A stretch of 33,119 bases of DNA from assembly GCA_046757025.1 (NCBI GenBank), contig JBHHXN010000047.1, forward strand, positions 1 to 33,119. The letters are read 5' to 3'. Below the pieces are notes generated by a model. That model ran no database searches, was not told where the DNA came from, and worked only from the letters and a program-made list of their open reading frames with translations. This document shows positions 9,790-20,153 of the stretch, piece by piece (within the stretch, counting starts at the first letter, position 1; the number at the start of each line of letters is the position of its first letter). A program made the translations under genes and the position numbers. Origin of the DNA: a bacterium (GTDB lineage Bacteria > Zhuqueibacterota > Zhuqueibacteria > Oceanimicrobiales > Oceanimicrobiaceae).

Positions 9790-9963
9790 CCCGCCCATTT
9801 CTTCCGGATGACGTTTGTTGTGGAAGAGTATGAAGCGTTTTACTCACTGGACGTAAGCTTCTTCGGTGCGACGACTGAAGTGCCGGGTGCGAATGGTCTG
9901 CCGCTCCCGCTCTAACAGTTTCGGCTTTTTAACTTCCTTTTGACTGCTGCTCAAATGGTTCAT
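9790..9963 (-). pseudogene. intI: Integron integrase N-terminal remnant
   Basis: Manual translation from ATG 9963 (GGAG RBS): MNHLSSSQKEVKKPKLLERERQTIRTRHFSRRTEEAYVQ*VKRFILFHNKRHPEEMG, matching the IntI N-terminal consensus; conserved Trp is TGA (9844-9846); similarity ends after EMG. Confidence 0.88.
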
Positions 9964-10172
9964 CCGCTCCACCCATTTCTTTAGTGTTAACTAATGGTTT
10001 TTTGGGAGACGAGGTTGTGTGATTCACTGATATTCGGGAGAGATTCCGTGGTCGGAATGCTGGTGTCGACTGGGGTAGTTATCAGTGAATGAAATATTAT
10101 AAAAATTTAATCATAAAAAAGCAGGATTTTTTTGATTGCGGATTGGTGTGTGTCGTCCTAAATCTGGACAAA

Positions 10173-10221
10173 GAACTTTAAACTTGCAACTTGAAACATC
10201 AAACTAAAAACTCGAAACTGT
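10173..10221. repeat. Degenerate heptamer tandem repeat
   Basis: gaacttt aaacttg caacttg aaacatc aaactaa aaactcg aaactgt. Confidence 0.7.
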
Positions 10222-10260
10222 CTTAGTTCACCGCAAATTACCCGGGCGTAAATAAATTCC

Positions 10261-10300
10261 CGGCTGTGGAGACCAGCCGCCTGGCCGATCTCCACAACCG
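10261..10300 (-). terminator. Stem-loop after the lipoprotein gene, probable terminator or RNA stabiliser
   Basis: CGGCTGTGGAGA..TCTCCACAACCG inverted repeat 10 bp past the stop at 10311; weak U tract. Confidence 0.5.
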
Positions 10301-10310
10301 ATTAAATGGC

Positions 10311-11732
10311 TCAGTTCTGTTCACAGGTTGCCGCATCCGGGCGTGTTTTGCTGGCGTTGAAATGCTCCTCCACGCGTCCAAATGGCGCCGTGTTCCCGCC
10401 TTCTGGTCGCGGTACATTCAGGGTGACGCCGTTGCTGGTTTGACCGCTGGCATCGGTGATGGTGACCGTGACATCGAAACTGCTTTCGTTTCCGAACAGC
10501 CAGCAGGTTAACACCGTGATCGCGCCTTGAAAACCGTCGCCTGTTATGGTTGGGCTTGAAACCGTAAAGCCGCCGGTCATTCCAGAAGGCAAAGACACCC
10601 AGGAGACATTCACCACGGTGCCGGTAGTCACGCTGCCCTGGGGATGGCTGTAATTTAGCTTGAATTCGAACAAACTTCCCACGGGTCCGTTGAAGATGTT
10701 GCAATTGGTACTGTCGTTTACTTGTAAAAAGGTAGAGACAAAATTGGAAAGAATCGCGCTTTCTACCACCGGTTCCGCTGAACCGACGATGAGCAACTCG
10801 CTGAATCCGCCGGCCTCTGGATTTTGCGGCTCGTTGAGCAGCAGCCGAATGGAGCGGCCCGTAGCCAGCGGCGCCACGTTGACCACTGGCAGGTCTTTCG
10901 ACTGCGGATAGGGCACGGTTTGCTCGAAGCGTTTTTCACCTTTACCGCTCAATTCGCTGAACACCTGGAAAGTGATCGTTCCGAATCCAAAACCATTTTG
11001 ATAGGTCGGATCCGTGTGTCGGGAATTGTTGACGATACCGACGGCGGTGAAAAAGTCGTCCTGGCGGCCGTTCCAAGTAAAGGTGGAGGTGCTGCCATCG
11101 ACGCTAGAGCCGGCCGATAACCAGGACGTGCCGAATTCAAAATCCACGGCCAGCCGCGGCGAGAAATTACCCGGCGAGCGGGTAGAAGACGCCTGAACGG
11201 TACCCGAAGGGGCGACAAGATTTGGGGCTTGCAGAATGATAAACACCGGCTCTTCCACAAACTGTCCCGGCAGCAAAGTGACGATGGCGTCACCCACTAA
11301 AAACAGCAGCTCCTGGCTGTCGGAAGCGGTCACCAGGATTTTGAAACTCTGCTGTTCACCGGTGACCGGAATACTGAGCTCGCCGGAAGCCCGGTTGTTG
11401 GCGATGGTAAGGACTTGCTCTTTGATCACCACGTTGTTGGTGGCCGAATCGAGCACGGAAACGCGAACGTCATCAAATGCGAGGAGCGCGTTGTTGCCGG
11501 TATTCGCGGCAAGCAAACTGCTTTTGTTGTGCAGGCTTTCTGGTGCCTGCTCGAGGTTGTTTGCCAAATGGCTTTTTGTTTCATCGGGAAAAACCAGCTG
11601 CAACGATATCCTGGCATCGGCGAACGGGCTGGTTAATTGGCGATTTTTTTCACAGCTATTAAACGCCGTGACTGTAAAAATCAAAACGGCTGGTAAAAAT
11701 AACCGGGCAAACGGTTTATGCAATTTTCTCAT
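10311..11732 (-). CDS. Beta-rich lipoprotein with discoidin/F5-8C-like central domain (putative surface protein)
   Basis: Lipobox-like TAFNSC after a basic/hydrophobic leader, GAGG RBS; VQASS..RLAVD..TSWLS..RSIRLLL..GFSEL pattern; Ser/Thr/Val/Gly-rich beta domains. Confidence 0.7.
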   Translation of the reverse strand: MRKLHKPFARLFLPAVLIFTVTAFNSCEKNRQLTSPFADARISLQLVFPDETKSHLANNLEQAPESLHNKSSLLAANTGNNALLAFDDVRVSVLDSATNNVVIKEQVLTIANNRASGELSIPVTGEQQSFKILVTASDSQELLFLVGDAIVTLLPGQFVEEPVFIILQAPNLVAPSGTVQASSTRSPGNFSPRLAVDFEFGTSWLSAGSSVDGSTSTFTWNGRQDDFFTAVGIVNNSRHTDPTYQNGFGFGTITFQVFSELSGKGEKRFEQTVPYPQSKDLPVVNVAPLATGRSIRLLLNEPQNPEAGGFSELLIVGSAEPVVESAILSNFVSTFLQVNDSTNCNIFNGPVGSLFEFKLNYSHPQGSVTTGTVVNVSWVSLPSGMTGGFTVSSPTITGDGFQGAITVLTCWLFGNESSFDVTVTITDASGQTSNGVTLNVPRPEGGNTAPFGRVEEHFNASKTRPDAATCEQN

Positions 11733-11812
11733 TTTTTATTTCCTCATAGTTTACTGATCTATTCAAAAAAATCATCCGCTAAAGCTGCACGAAACGGTTG
11801 GCTGCGTTTCCG

Positions 11813-12961
11813 CTAAAATCGAAACGCCAGTCCGCCGCGCAGCTCCAATCCGGTGACATCGACTTCGGTCTGCGGATTGACGTCGATGCTGCCCTTTGAA
11901 TAAATAAATGTCGGGTCAAACGACACGCGGTTGGAAAAGTTCAAAACAAAGCCGCCTCCAAAGCCGTAGATCGTGGCGCCCTCAAAGCCCAGGTCGTTGT
12001 CGCCGTAAAGCTGCGCCTGCGCCACGTACTTCAGGCTAAAGCTGCCGCCCAGCGGCTGAATAAAGGCCGCCCGCAGCTCGACCTCGCTGCCGTTGCTGAT
12101 CAAGCTGGCGTCCATGGTGGTTTCATCGATGCGGTTGTCCGAGCGCCAGCGGTAAATGGCCGAGAGTATGACCGGATTTAAAAAGCCCAGTGGCGCCAGC
12201 AACTGACCGCGCAGGAGGAATTTATCGCCGGCTTCGAAAAAAGGCGCGTCGTTGATTTCATCTTCCCCGTAATTGGTGTAAATGAAGTCAGCCAAAACTT
12301 TTGCCCGGCCGCCGACCATTTCGAATTCTCGTTCCACACCAACCGTGAGGTTGAATTCATTGCCAGGGGCAATTTCAAAATCCTGACCGCTGAGGTTGGC
12401 GTCGTATTTCTGACGCAGGGAAAAACCGACGCCCGCGCCCAGCACCCAGGTGCCCAGCTCCTGCGCCAGCGCCAGGCCGAAATGGTAGCTGAAGCCGGTG
12501 CCAAAATTGGTGACCGGATTGTTCAGGGGGCGGTTGGAAGCGAGCCCGGCGATGGTCATTTCGTCTGCTGTGAGCTCGGTTTCACCGCTGGGAATGCCGA
12601 CTCCAAACGTGAGCAGCGCCAGGTTGTCCCCCACAATGAAAGACGCCCGTACAAAAGTGTCGGTGACGTTGTGAAATTCATCGGTTTTGCCGTTGGGCAG
12701 CTCCTTGATGCCGATAAACGGTGCGGTGGCCACGTCCAGACCGAGACGGGTGCCGAGGGGAAGCGAATACGACACTGGAATTGTAAACTCAGTAAAGCGG
12801 TCCAGGGCTTCGGTGTCGTCAAATGTCCACGACTTAATGTGAAATGTGGGTCGGAAGTGTTGCGAACGAATAAATTCTAACTGATTGATCTGCGCTGGTA
12901 AAATACCAACCAGGCTGCAGAGTAAGAGAGTCAAAGTAACATAAAAATATCGTTGTTTCAT
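11813..12961 (-). CDS. Outer-membrane beta-barrel protein of unknown family
   Basis: Signal peptide, alternating amphipathic Gly/aromatic-rich strands, C-terminal beta-signal GLELRGGLAFRF; GAGGT RBS. Confidence 0.8.
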   Translation of the reverse strand: MKQRYFYVTLTLLLCSLVGILPAQINQLEFIRSQHFRPTFHIKSWTFDDTEALDRFTEFTIPVSYSLPLGTRLGLDVATAPFIGIKELPNGKTDEFHNVTDTFVRASFIVGDNLALLTFGVGIPSGETELTADEMTIAGLASNRPLNNPVTNFGTGFSYHFGLALAQELGTWVLGAGVGFSLRQKYDANLSGQDFEIAPGNEFNLTVGVEREFEMVGGRAKVLADFIYTNYGEDEINDAPFFEAGDKFLLRGQLLAPLGFLNPVILSAIYRWRSDNRIDETTMDASLISNGSEVELRAAFIQPLGGSFSLKYVAQAQLYGDNDLGFEGATIYGFGGGFVLNFSNRVSFDPTFIYSKGSIDVNPQTEVDVTGLELRGGLAFRF

Positions 12962-13132
12962 TTTTTACCTCGTATGGTTAAGCTGTTTAACGAGCCTGAT
13001 TTTCGGAGATTTTTGAGATGGCTGCATCCCGCACAAAACGCGGAAACTGCAAAGACCTCTTTTACCTTTTTTTGAAGATATATTGTGTTTGCTGCCATTC
13101 ATTAAGCATCCGTTTAAAGGAGTATTTTCAAA

Positions 13133-14497
13133 TTATTTATTGCTTGCCGGTGGCAGCGGAATGATGATGGGCACCGTCGCGGTGGTTGGAATCGCCGAAT
13201 CCGTGCCCGTGGCTTCCTGCACCGGTTCCCGGGTGTCGTTATCCCCTTGGGGTGTTTGGCCGGTTTGTGCGGCGTGGCTGGTATTGAACAAACGCGATAC
13301 TTTGCGCAACCCGCCAAAATCTTCAAAGGTAGAATCAAAATCGTTTTCTAACGCCGCTGTTGCAATTTTAGGTTCGCTGGCGGCTTGTTCGGATATCTCC
13401 AAGTCCTCCACGCTTTGTTTGGCCAGCTCAAAATTGGGGTCCAGCGACAGCGCTTTTTCGTATTCCTGTTTGGCGCGATCGAACATGCCGCGGTCTTCAA
13501 AATCCAACCCGCGAGAGTACGCCAGGAACGCCAGTAGATTTTCCGTGGAGATTTTCTCGATGGCTTCTCGTTCCGTCTTCGAAAGCACGATGCCCAGGTC
13601 GGAGATGATGGAAAAAGCCAACTTTTTCTGCATGCGAAAAAGAGTGGGCAATTTGCCGCTCACTTCTTCGACGGGTGATAATTGCGAGGTGGCGGTTTCT
13701 GCTAACGCCGCATCGATGCGGATATTTTCATCGCTGAGCTGGGTGATGCCGCCGCTGACCAGCTTTCGGGCGCCGATGAGTTTGCCCACGCGCGGGGCGG
13801 TGCGGTTGTCCACCAGGCCGGTGCTGCCGAGCTCGAGCTCTTCCAGCAAAGTTTGCAATTTCAACCGTTCCACTACTTTGAGCTGCCTCACTTTTGACAG
13901 GTCGGTGATCAGAATCTGTGCCAGGCCTTTTTGCAGCGGGTCCAGCTCGGAAGCCTGACTGATGTTCCGAAAGTAAAGCACGGCGATGGTGTTTTCTGGA
14001 ATCGCCTCCACGTTCAGGTTCTGCTCCTGCGAAATGGCTGCCGAGATTTCCCGGGCGATTTGCTCGCTGGAAAGTTGTTTAATCCGCCGGGAGATCTCAT
14101 TTCTAAATCCACCCGAACGACTGAGATCACGATAATTTTTGTACTCGTCGATGGCTTCCTTGAGCATATCTTTCGATTCATAAGTTAAGCCCAGATAGAA
14201 AATCGTTTTGCTGTCCCGGGGATTCAATCCTTTGGCCTCCTGAAGCTTGAGCAACGCTTCGTCAAAGCGCCGGGCTTTGAAATAGGTGATCCCCAGCTCG
14301 CGTTTGATGCGGGCGTCAGCGGGCTTTTCTTTTTCCGCCTCCTGAAACAGTCGGATGGCTTCGTTGTAGTCCTTCTTTTGCAGGCTGCTCAAACCGCTGC
14401 TGTAGCGGCTGGCGGTACAGCCCACAAGCCCCGTCAGGCAAAGCGACCAGATAATCATGAGGGCAAATTTACTTCTTTTTTTTATTAATTTATGCAT
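13133..14497 (-). CDS. Lipoprotein, TPR + CsgG/HfaB (FlgO/TolB-N-like) domain + TPR + extended C-terminal tail
   Basis: Start reassigned to ATG 14497 (GGAG RBS); lipobox LVGC; TIAVLYFRN..ITDLSKV..VVER..L..LLEEL..VD..TAPRVGKLIGA motif. Confidence 0.85.
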   Translation of the reverse strand: MHKLIKKRSKFALMIIWSLCLTGLVGCTASRYSSGLSSLQKKDYNEAIRLFQEAEKEKPADARIKRELGITYFKARRFDEALLKLQEAKGLNPRDSKTIFYLGLTYESKDMLKEAIDEYKNYRDLSRSGGFRNEISRRIKQLSSEQIAREISAAISQEQNLNVEAIPENTIAVLYFRNISQASELDPLQKGLAQILITDLSKVRQLKVVERLKLQTLLEELELGSTGLVDNRTAPRVGKLIGARKLVSGGITQLSDENIRIDAALAETATSQLSPVEEVSGKLPTLFRMQKKLAFSIISDLGIVLSKTEREAIEKISTENLLAFLAYSRGLDFEDRGMFDRAKQEYEKALSLDPNFELAKQSVEDLEISEQAASEPKIATAALENDFDSTFEDFGGLRKVSRLFNTSHAAQTGQTPQGDNDTREPVQEATGTDSAIPTTATVPIIIPLPPASNK

Positions 14498-14608
14498 AAT
14501 AAATCTCCAGTTAATATTTGATGAATTTGATTTTTTAGCAGTCGATTCTCCAATGATTGGCCGAAAAGTCAAAAAATGTCATTCTAAGCTTGTGCTCCGA
14601 TTTGGTTT

Positions 14609-14643
14609 AATTCCCAATTCTTAATTCCTAAATTCTAATTCCG
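14609..14643. repeat. Degenerate heptamer tandem repeat
   Basis: aattccc aattctt aattcct aaattct aattccg, between two genes of the cluster. Confidence 0.65.
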
Positions 14644-14667
14644 ACTCATTCACAGAAAATCTAATTT

Positions 14668-15828
14668 TTAAAAAAATGTGCTTCGGTCTTTTTTGGACAA
14701 AACCATGTACTCCAGCTCCGAATTGGACAAACGCCTCTCCGGGAGTCGGGTTACCTTTTGTCGGGCCAGATCAAAATCCGCATCCCGAGCAAGGGCTTGG
14801 CGGTAGTGATGGATGGCCTGGGTAAAATGGCCCTGGTCCTCATAATCCAGACCCTTACAAAAGCCGATAAAAGCTAAATTGCTGCTGGTCACCGGTTTCT
14901 GCAGGGCCGTCTGTTCTTCAAAAGTGGGATTGATTTTCAATTCATCTACCAGCTTAAACAGCAGACGCTTTTGCAGTTGCAGCAGGTCTGCAATGCTGCC
15001 TTCCACACTCACGCCGGCGCCGCTCAATCGACCGCTGCGGGTTTCCACCACACCGGCGGATATCCGGATTCGGGTTTCGCTGATGCGCTCGATGCCGCCG
15101 GTGAGCAGTTGCTTAGCCTGTAAAATTTTACCCACATTTGAAATTTTCATTTTATCGTACAGTTGTGCTACGGAGTAATTTTGCACGGTCAGCAAACTCT
15201 TCAGTTTTTGTCGTGGTACCAGGTGCAGGGTTTTGATTTTAGCCAGATCCAGGGTGAGCGTTTCAGCGAATCCTTTGATGATGGGCGCCAGCTCCCGCCA
15301 TTTCGAAAGGTTGCGGAAATAGATTACTGTCAGTGAATTGCCTGGCAGGCCGGCTGTATCCCCCTTGGTCAGCCGCTGCAAACGCTTCCGAATTTCGGCC
15401 GAATATATTTTGTGTTCGTTTTTTGCAACCCGCACGTAGAGCTCTTTTCGCAGAGAGGACTTGGGTTTCAGTGCGGCCAGGTCTCGGTAAATGGCAGCGG
15501 CTTCGGCATATTTTTTTGCGGATTCGTAACTCATACCCAAAAACAAAAGCGTGGCCGGGTCGGTCGGGTTGATGGCTTTTGCGCGCGTTAATTTTTCAAT
15601 GGCGGCGTTAATTTGCTGAGTTTTAAAGTAAGCGATTCCGAGGTTGCGTTTGATTTTCCAATCGGTAGGTTTTTCGCCTTCACTGACTTTGAGTTTGACG
15701 ATGGCAGAACGATAATCTGCAGATTCAGAAGCAGGGCGCTCAGCCAAGTGCGCCCGATGACCACATGCTGCCACGAGCAGCAGCAAAAAGCCCATCCAGC
15801 GCAAAGCAGTCCTATTTTTATCAGCCAT
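14668..15828 (-). CDS. Lipoprotein, TPR + CsgG/HfaB-like domain (paralog of the downstream gene)
   Basis: Lipobox VAAC; collinear with 13133-14497 (IKRNLGIAYFK vs IKRELGITYFK; YFRNLS vs YFRNIS; KGLDYEDQG vs RGLDFEDRG). Confidence 0.85.
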   Translation of the reverse strand: MADKNRTALRWMGFLLLLVAACGHRAHLAERPASESADYRSAIVKLKVSEGEKPTDWKIKRNLGIAYFKTQQINAAIEKLTRAKAINPTDPATLLFLGMSYESAKKYAEAAAIYRDLAALKPKSSLRKELYVRVAKNEHKIYSAEIRKRLQRLTKGDTAGLPGNSLTVIYFRNLSKWRELAPIIKGFAETLTLDLAKIKTLHLVPRQKLKSLLTVQNYSVAQLYDKMKISNVGKILQAKQLLTGGIERISETRIRISAGVVETRSGRLSGAGVSVEGSIADLLQLQKRLLFKLVDELKINPTFEEQTALQKPVTSSNLAFIGFCKGLDYEDQGHFTQAIHHYRQALARDADFDLARQKVTRLPERRLSNSELEYMVLSKKDRSTFF

Positions 15829-15878
15829 GCTTTAGCCTGATTTTCGGGAAGGGGCGTTCCATGAAAACTCCGGCTCTA

Positions 15879-16916
15879 CTACAAAGTCAGCGGCTTGATA
15901 ACCGACAACATTTCCTGGGCTTTTTGAAAGTTCGGCGCAACAGCCAGAGCCTCTTCCAGTTTCACAAAAGCATCTTTGTAAGCCTCATCATTGGCTTTTG
16001 CCATGGCGTCGCCAAACAGCGCCAGGGCTTCTATGGGGATGTCGTCTTCACCCAATTTGTCCAACTTTTTCCGCTCCGCTTTCTGGATATCCACATCCAG
16101 ATCTTTGGTGATTTTCAGCGTGAGCTTTTTCGCCAGATCGAATATTTTGTCTGGTTTGCCTTCCACCGACGCGGTTTTAAAAATCTCGCCGGTTTCCGTT
16201 TTCACCAACCGCACATCCATGCGGAACGTATCGCCGAGCCGGATGAAACTCCCGAACACAAACGAATGCGCTCCCAGCAATTTCCCGATCCGCGGCGCGT
16301 ATTCCGGATCGACAACGGTCTTGCCGCCGATTTTGGTCTCGGTCAACTTCAGCTCCTCGATGAGAAATTGCAAACGCTCGCGCTCCACCACTTTCAATTT
16401 ACTCAACACCGAAAAATCGCTGATGAGGATTTTTGAAAGCGCGCTGCCAAGGTTGGCATATTTGTCCGCGTCCGTCACCGAGTTGTTCTCGAAATCGATG
16501 ATGGCGATGGTTTTGATTCCCGGTCCCTTGGACTGCAAGCTCAGGGACATGCCGGCTTTTTTCACGGAACGGTAGTAATCGGCCATCAGGCGTTGGTGCG
16601 GCCACCAGCTATCGCTGGGTTTGTAACGGGGCTCCCGATTCAACACCTGTGCAAAGACTTCCTCGGCTTTGATATCCTTGCCGGTGGAAACGTAGGCCAC
16701 CGCCAGATATTCACTGGCTTCGAGATAGTCTTCCTTCGACAGGGTTTTGGTGGCCACCAATCGTTGCAGCAGCTCGATGGATTTTTGAAATTTGCCGTTG
16801 TTAAAAAGTTGAATCGCCTCCTGCAGCTCCATGTTTTTTTCACCGGCTTGTGCAAAGCAATTTAACAGCAGCACAGCGGTAATAATGGTGACAAACCACC
16901 TCGTTGATTTAACCAT
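15879..16916 (-). CDS. Periplasmic TPR + CsgG/HfaB-like domain protein
   Basis: AAGGAG RBS, Sec signal (..FAQA); TIAIIDFENN..LISDFS..VVERERLQFLIEEL..VDPEYAPRIGKLLGA..GSF..RLVKTETGEI. Confidence 0.87.
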   Translation of the reverse strand: MVKSTRWFVTIITAVLLLNCFAQAGEKNMELQEAIQLFNNGKFQKSIELLQRLVATKTLSKEDYLEASEYLAVAYVSTGKDIKAEEVFAQVLNREPRYKPSDSWWPHQRLMADYYRSVKKAGMSLSLQSKGPGIKTIAIIDFENNSVTDADKYANLGSALSKILISDFSVLSKLKVVERERLQFLIEELKLTETKIGGKTVVDPEYAPRIGKLLGAHSFVFGSFIRLGDTFRMDVRLVKTETGEIFKTASVEGKPDKIFDLAKKLTLKITKDLDVDIQKAERKKLDKLGEDDIPIEALALFGDAMAKANDEAYKDAFVKLEEALAVAPNFQKAQEMLSVIKPLTL

Positions 16917-17026
16917 TTTTTACTCCTTCATTTAGTTTATTTTATAGGTGGATAACACGACCCTGTGTGTCAGTCGGGAAATACCCGTTGGCAAGATTAG
17001 CGTGTTTTCACACTGGTTTAAAAAAG

Positions 17027-17149
17027 CTTGTTCCCAAACTCCAGTTTGGGAACAAAATTGTATGAGAAACTTTGTTTCTTCTCTCTAAATCGGTCATTCG
17101 AAACAGATTTTTCCACACTTGCGTTCCAAAATAGAAATTTTGGAACGAG
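17027..17149. repeat. REP/REPIN-like composite palindromic element
   Basis: TTGTTCCCAAACTCCAGTTTGGGAACAA hairpin, inner GAAAC..GTTTC motifs and a second hairpin CGTTCCAAAAT..ATTTTGGAACG. Confidence 0.75.
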
Positions 17150-17398
17150 AACGCGGTGGAAAATATGGCAGAAATTGCTCATTTAATCCTTAAGTTGACG
17201 CAAAAACGCCTTGCGGTACAGGCTGGAAGCATCTTGTAAATAAACAGCGTTTCCGCAAAATCAAAAAAACTCTTTATGCATGACAAGAACCGCAGATTTG
17301 GACTTTTATACGGTCTCTTAAGATTGAACACCTAAAACAAGAACAGTCTGGAAAATACCTGTGCAAAACGCTCAGGCAGGCGGTTTCCAGGAATACAT

Positions 17399-19267
17399 TT
17401 AATTTTTTATGAATACAAATTTCACGGTTTCTTCGGCACCGCTCAGGACAACTATTTTTTGCTGCTCCTTTTGTGCGGCGTATCCGAACATTTTGGCGCT
17501 GATCTCGTAAACGCCTTTTTTTAAAGACAACGATTTAGGGGTTTGCCCGTATGCCTTGCCGTCGATAAAAATATTGGCCACGGCCATCGTTTCGGCGCCT
17601 TCTGCGAGGGTCACAGCCAGCACCGTGAGGGTGCCGTGCGGCTCCTCCTGCAAATTGAAATTCAGGTTTTTTTCTACGCCGCTTTCGATTTGTACTTGTG
17701 AACTTTTCTCCACAAACCCGGCTAAGTTCACTCGAATGTCGTGTGCGCCCGCCGGCAGATCGGTAAACTTGTGCGGCGTTTGAAAATTCGTAGCGCTGCC
17801 GTTTAGGTAGATGCGCGCACCGCGTGGATTTGAATCGACGAAGATACTGCCAATCGGGTGTGCCATTTCATCGGAAGAAGATTGCGTTTCCTTGTTTGTG
17901 TGCGCGATGGCCGGTTTTTCTTCAATTTTACTTTCACTGGCGGGTTTTTGGGCGGAAGTCGGCAAAGCAACCAGTTGAATAGCGGTCGCCAGTGTGTCAT
18001 TTTCCGCAATGGTGAAATCCTTTGACCAGACTTCAAATCCTTTCAAGGTTAATGAAACCGAGTGCAAACCGCTGCTTACCGGGCCAACCGTTGCCGGCGT
18101 GGTTGCTTCCGTGGATTTGCCGTTTAAAAATATCAACGCGCCTGGCGGCGTGGAATCCAGTTTCAGGTAACCGACGTCCGCTGTGAACAGACTTTTGATT
18201 TTTGGGTAACTAATGATCGCCACGACGATCAAGATCGCCGTAAGGACCAGCGGAACAATCATCCGGCTCTTGCTCGCTGTCGGTTTTGCAGGCGTTTCGC
18301 GCACCCTGGGAATCGTTCGCTGAGCGTCGGCGTTGTGCGGTTTGGTCTGCTGCGCTGAAGGTGTCTTCGCGACCGGTTTGTCCCGCATCACCACGGTGTT
18401 GACGTCGTCGGTTTCGAAGCTGCGAGTGGGACGAATCGTTTTTAAATCCGTCAACATTTTTTGCACCGAGTCATATCGCTGGTCCACCTCTTTGGCAATG
18501 GCCTTGTGAATAATCCGCTCAAGCGCCGGCGGGACGTCGTGGTTCAACTCGGTCATGGGCACAGGAGCTTCGTTTACGATGTTGTACAGCATGGACATTT
18601 CGTTGTCGCCGGCAAAGGGCAGCTTGCCGGTCAAAAGCTCGTAGAGCATGACTCCCAAAGACCAGATATCGCTGCGGTGATCGATGTCCTGCCCGCGCAC
18701 CTGTTCCGGCGACATGTACGCCGGCGTGCCCATGGTCGTGCCCGCTTGTGTGATGCGGGTGGCGTTACCGAGCTTGGCCAAGCCGAAATCGACAATTTTG
18801 ACGAAACCGTCTTTGGTGATGATGATGTTGGCGGGTTTGACATCGCGGTGCACGATGCCGCGCTCGTGCGCCTTGGCCAGACCGCTGCCGATCTGCTGGA
18901 CAAAATGAACCGCCTCCTCCACAGAGACGATCCCTCCTGCCATGCGATCTTTCAGAGTATGCCCATCGTAGTAGGCCATGGCGATGAACATTTCGCCGGC
19001 GGCGGTTTCATCGACTTCGTAGATGGTGCCGATGCGGGGATGATCCAGCGCGGAGGCCGCCTGCGCTTCATGCATGAAACGTTTCTTGGTTTCCTCATCA
19101 CTGACCAAATTCGGCTGCAAAAACTTTAACGCCACCGTGCGTTTCAGGTTGATGTCTTCCGCCATATACACCATGCCCATGCCGCCGCCGCCCAGGTAAC
19201 GAATAACTTTATAGTGCGAAATAATCTTGCCGATTCTTGGATCATTCTGCGTCAACGAGCTCTCCAA
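17399..19267 (-). CDS. Membrane Hanks-type Ser/Thr protein kinase with three PEGA domains
   Basis: [58 protein letters not shown]; repeats [40 protein letters not shown]. Confidence 0.95.
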   Translation of the reverse strand: MESSLTQNDPRIGKIISHYKVIRYLGGGGMGMVYMAEDINLKRTVALKFLQPNLVSDEETKKRFMHEAQAASALDHPRIGTIYEVDETAAGEMFIAMAYYDGHTLKDRMAGGIVSVEEAVHFVQQIGSGLAKAHERGIVHRDVKPANIIITKDGFVKIVDFGLAKLGNATRITQAGTTMGTPAYMSPEQVRGQDIDHRSDIWSLGVMLYELLTGKLPFAGDNEMSMLYNIVNEAPVPMTELNHDVPPALERIIHKAIAKEVDQRYDSVQKMLTDLKTIRPTRSFETDDVNTVVMRDKPVAKTPSAQQTKPHNADAQRTIPRVRETPAKPTASKSRMIVPLVLTAILIVVAIISYPKIKSLFTADVGYLKLDSTPPGALIFLNGKSTEATTPATVGPVSSGLHSVSLTLKGFEVWSKDFTIAENDTLATAIQLVALPTSAQKPASESKIEEKPAIAHTNKETQSSSDEMAHPIGSIFVDSNPRGARIYLNGSATNFQTPHKFTDLPAGAHDIRVNLAGFVEKSSQVQIESGVEKNLNFNLQEEPHGTLTVLAVTLAEGAETMAVANIFIDGKAYGQTPKSLSLKKGVYEISAKMFGYAAQKEQQKIVVLSGAEETVKFVFIKN

Positions 19268-19612
19268 TGATATTTTGTTTTCTTTAAAGTAAATACTACT
19301 TGTTCAGTAGAAAAGAATAAAAGACTGGCAATTGTATTTTTAGAATGCAATGTTAACAGACCACAAAGGATAGAGACACTTTGAGTGGATTTCAGAATAC
19401 GGTTACATTTTTTGAAATAATATTGTAATTATCAAAAAGTTAATAACTTGATGAAAAGATGCAAGGATTTTTTCTATTCAATTAATTTGCTTCGGCGCTT
19501 ACAGCGCCAACATCGACAATTTTTTGTCGATATGTTTAAGTATCGAAACTCGAATATCGAAACCAATTTGCGGAATGAAGAACGAGGATGGAGCAATGAG
19601 CATGCGATTTGG

Positions 19613-19860
19613 TGTCTGATTGAAAAAGGTCATTCTGAGGCATCCCGCGTAGCGGGAGACCGAAGACTCTTTTCCTACGGAGACGATTTGTTTAGAGAAC
19701 TATCCCTCTGCACAAATTCACCACTTTTGCCTTTTCTCGCATATTGGGTTGCATGAGATTTTTCGTCGCTGTGCTCCTCAGAATGACAAAATGTGGTGTT
19801 TTCGTTCAAACATTATTTACATGATAATTCTGCAATCCGCCATCTCCAATCTGCAATCGG
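19613..19860. repeat. Palindromic repeat element with flanking heptamer repeats
   Basis: Perfect 12-bp IR GTCATTCTGAGG (19629-19640)/CCTCAGAATGAC (19776-19787); imperfect outer IR 19613-19626/19799-19812; caatccg ccatctc caatctg caatcgg at 19833-19860. Confidence 0.72.
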
Positions 19861-19962
19861 AATGTTTCAAGTGTCCTTTTGCCTTGAGGTATTAGCCATC
19901 TTTTCGCAGCAGCGTCTGCGAAAAGACGTAGTTCCTGAGAGCGATGGCAGCCAAGAAATTTC

Positions 19963-19991
19963 TTGACAATTTATCGCCGGCTTTTTAATTT
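19963..19991 (+). promoter_or_regulatory. Putative sigma70 promoter of the second kinase
   Basis: TTGACA-17 bp-TAATTT about 160 bp upstream of ATG 20154. Confidence 0.5.
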
Positions 19992-20153
19992 ACTTCGAGT
20001 TTCGATATCTGACTGTCGCTTTGAAGAAGATAGCTCAGTTTAATATGACTAACGACAGTAGGTGTTGAGCATTTACATATTGACCTTTTTCTTCTGGTAA
20101 AATTCCTGGCTCATAAAAGCGGTTCTAATGATTCCACAAATAAAGGTTGCTGA

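Noticed and set aside
9661..9915. 84-aa plus-strand ORF
   Set aside because: Antisense shadow of the intI remnant.
13133..16916. Curli secretion system
   Set aside because: No CsgA/B/E/F-like genes, and the CsgG-like domains are fused to TPRs.
13083..19129. Long plus-strand ORFs (13083-13958, 15765-16436, 15991-16575, 18461-19129)
   Set aside because: Antisense to well-supported genes, with no motifs of their own.
19448..19756. 102-aa ORF between the kinases
   Set aside because: Runs through a palindromic repeat element; no RBS or motif.
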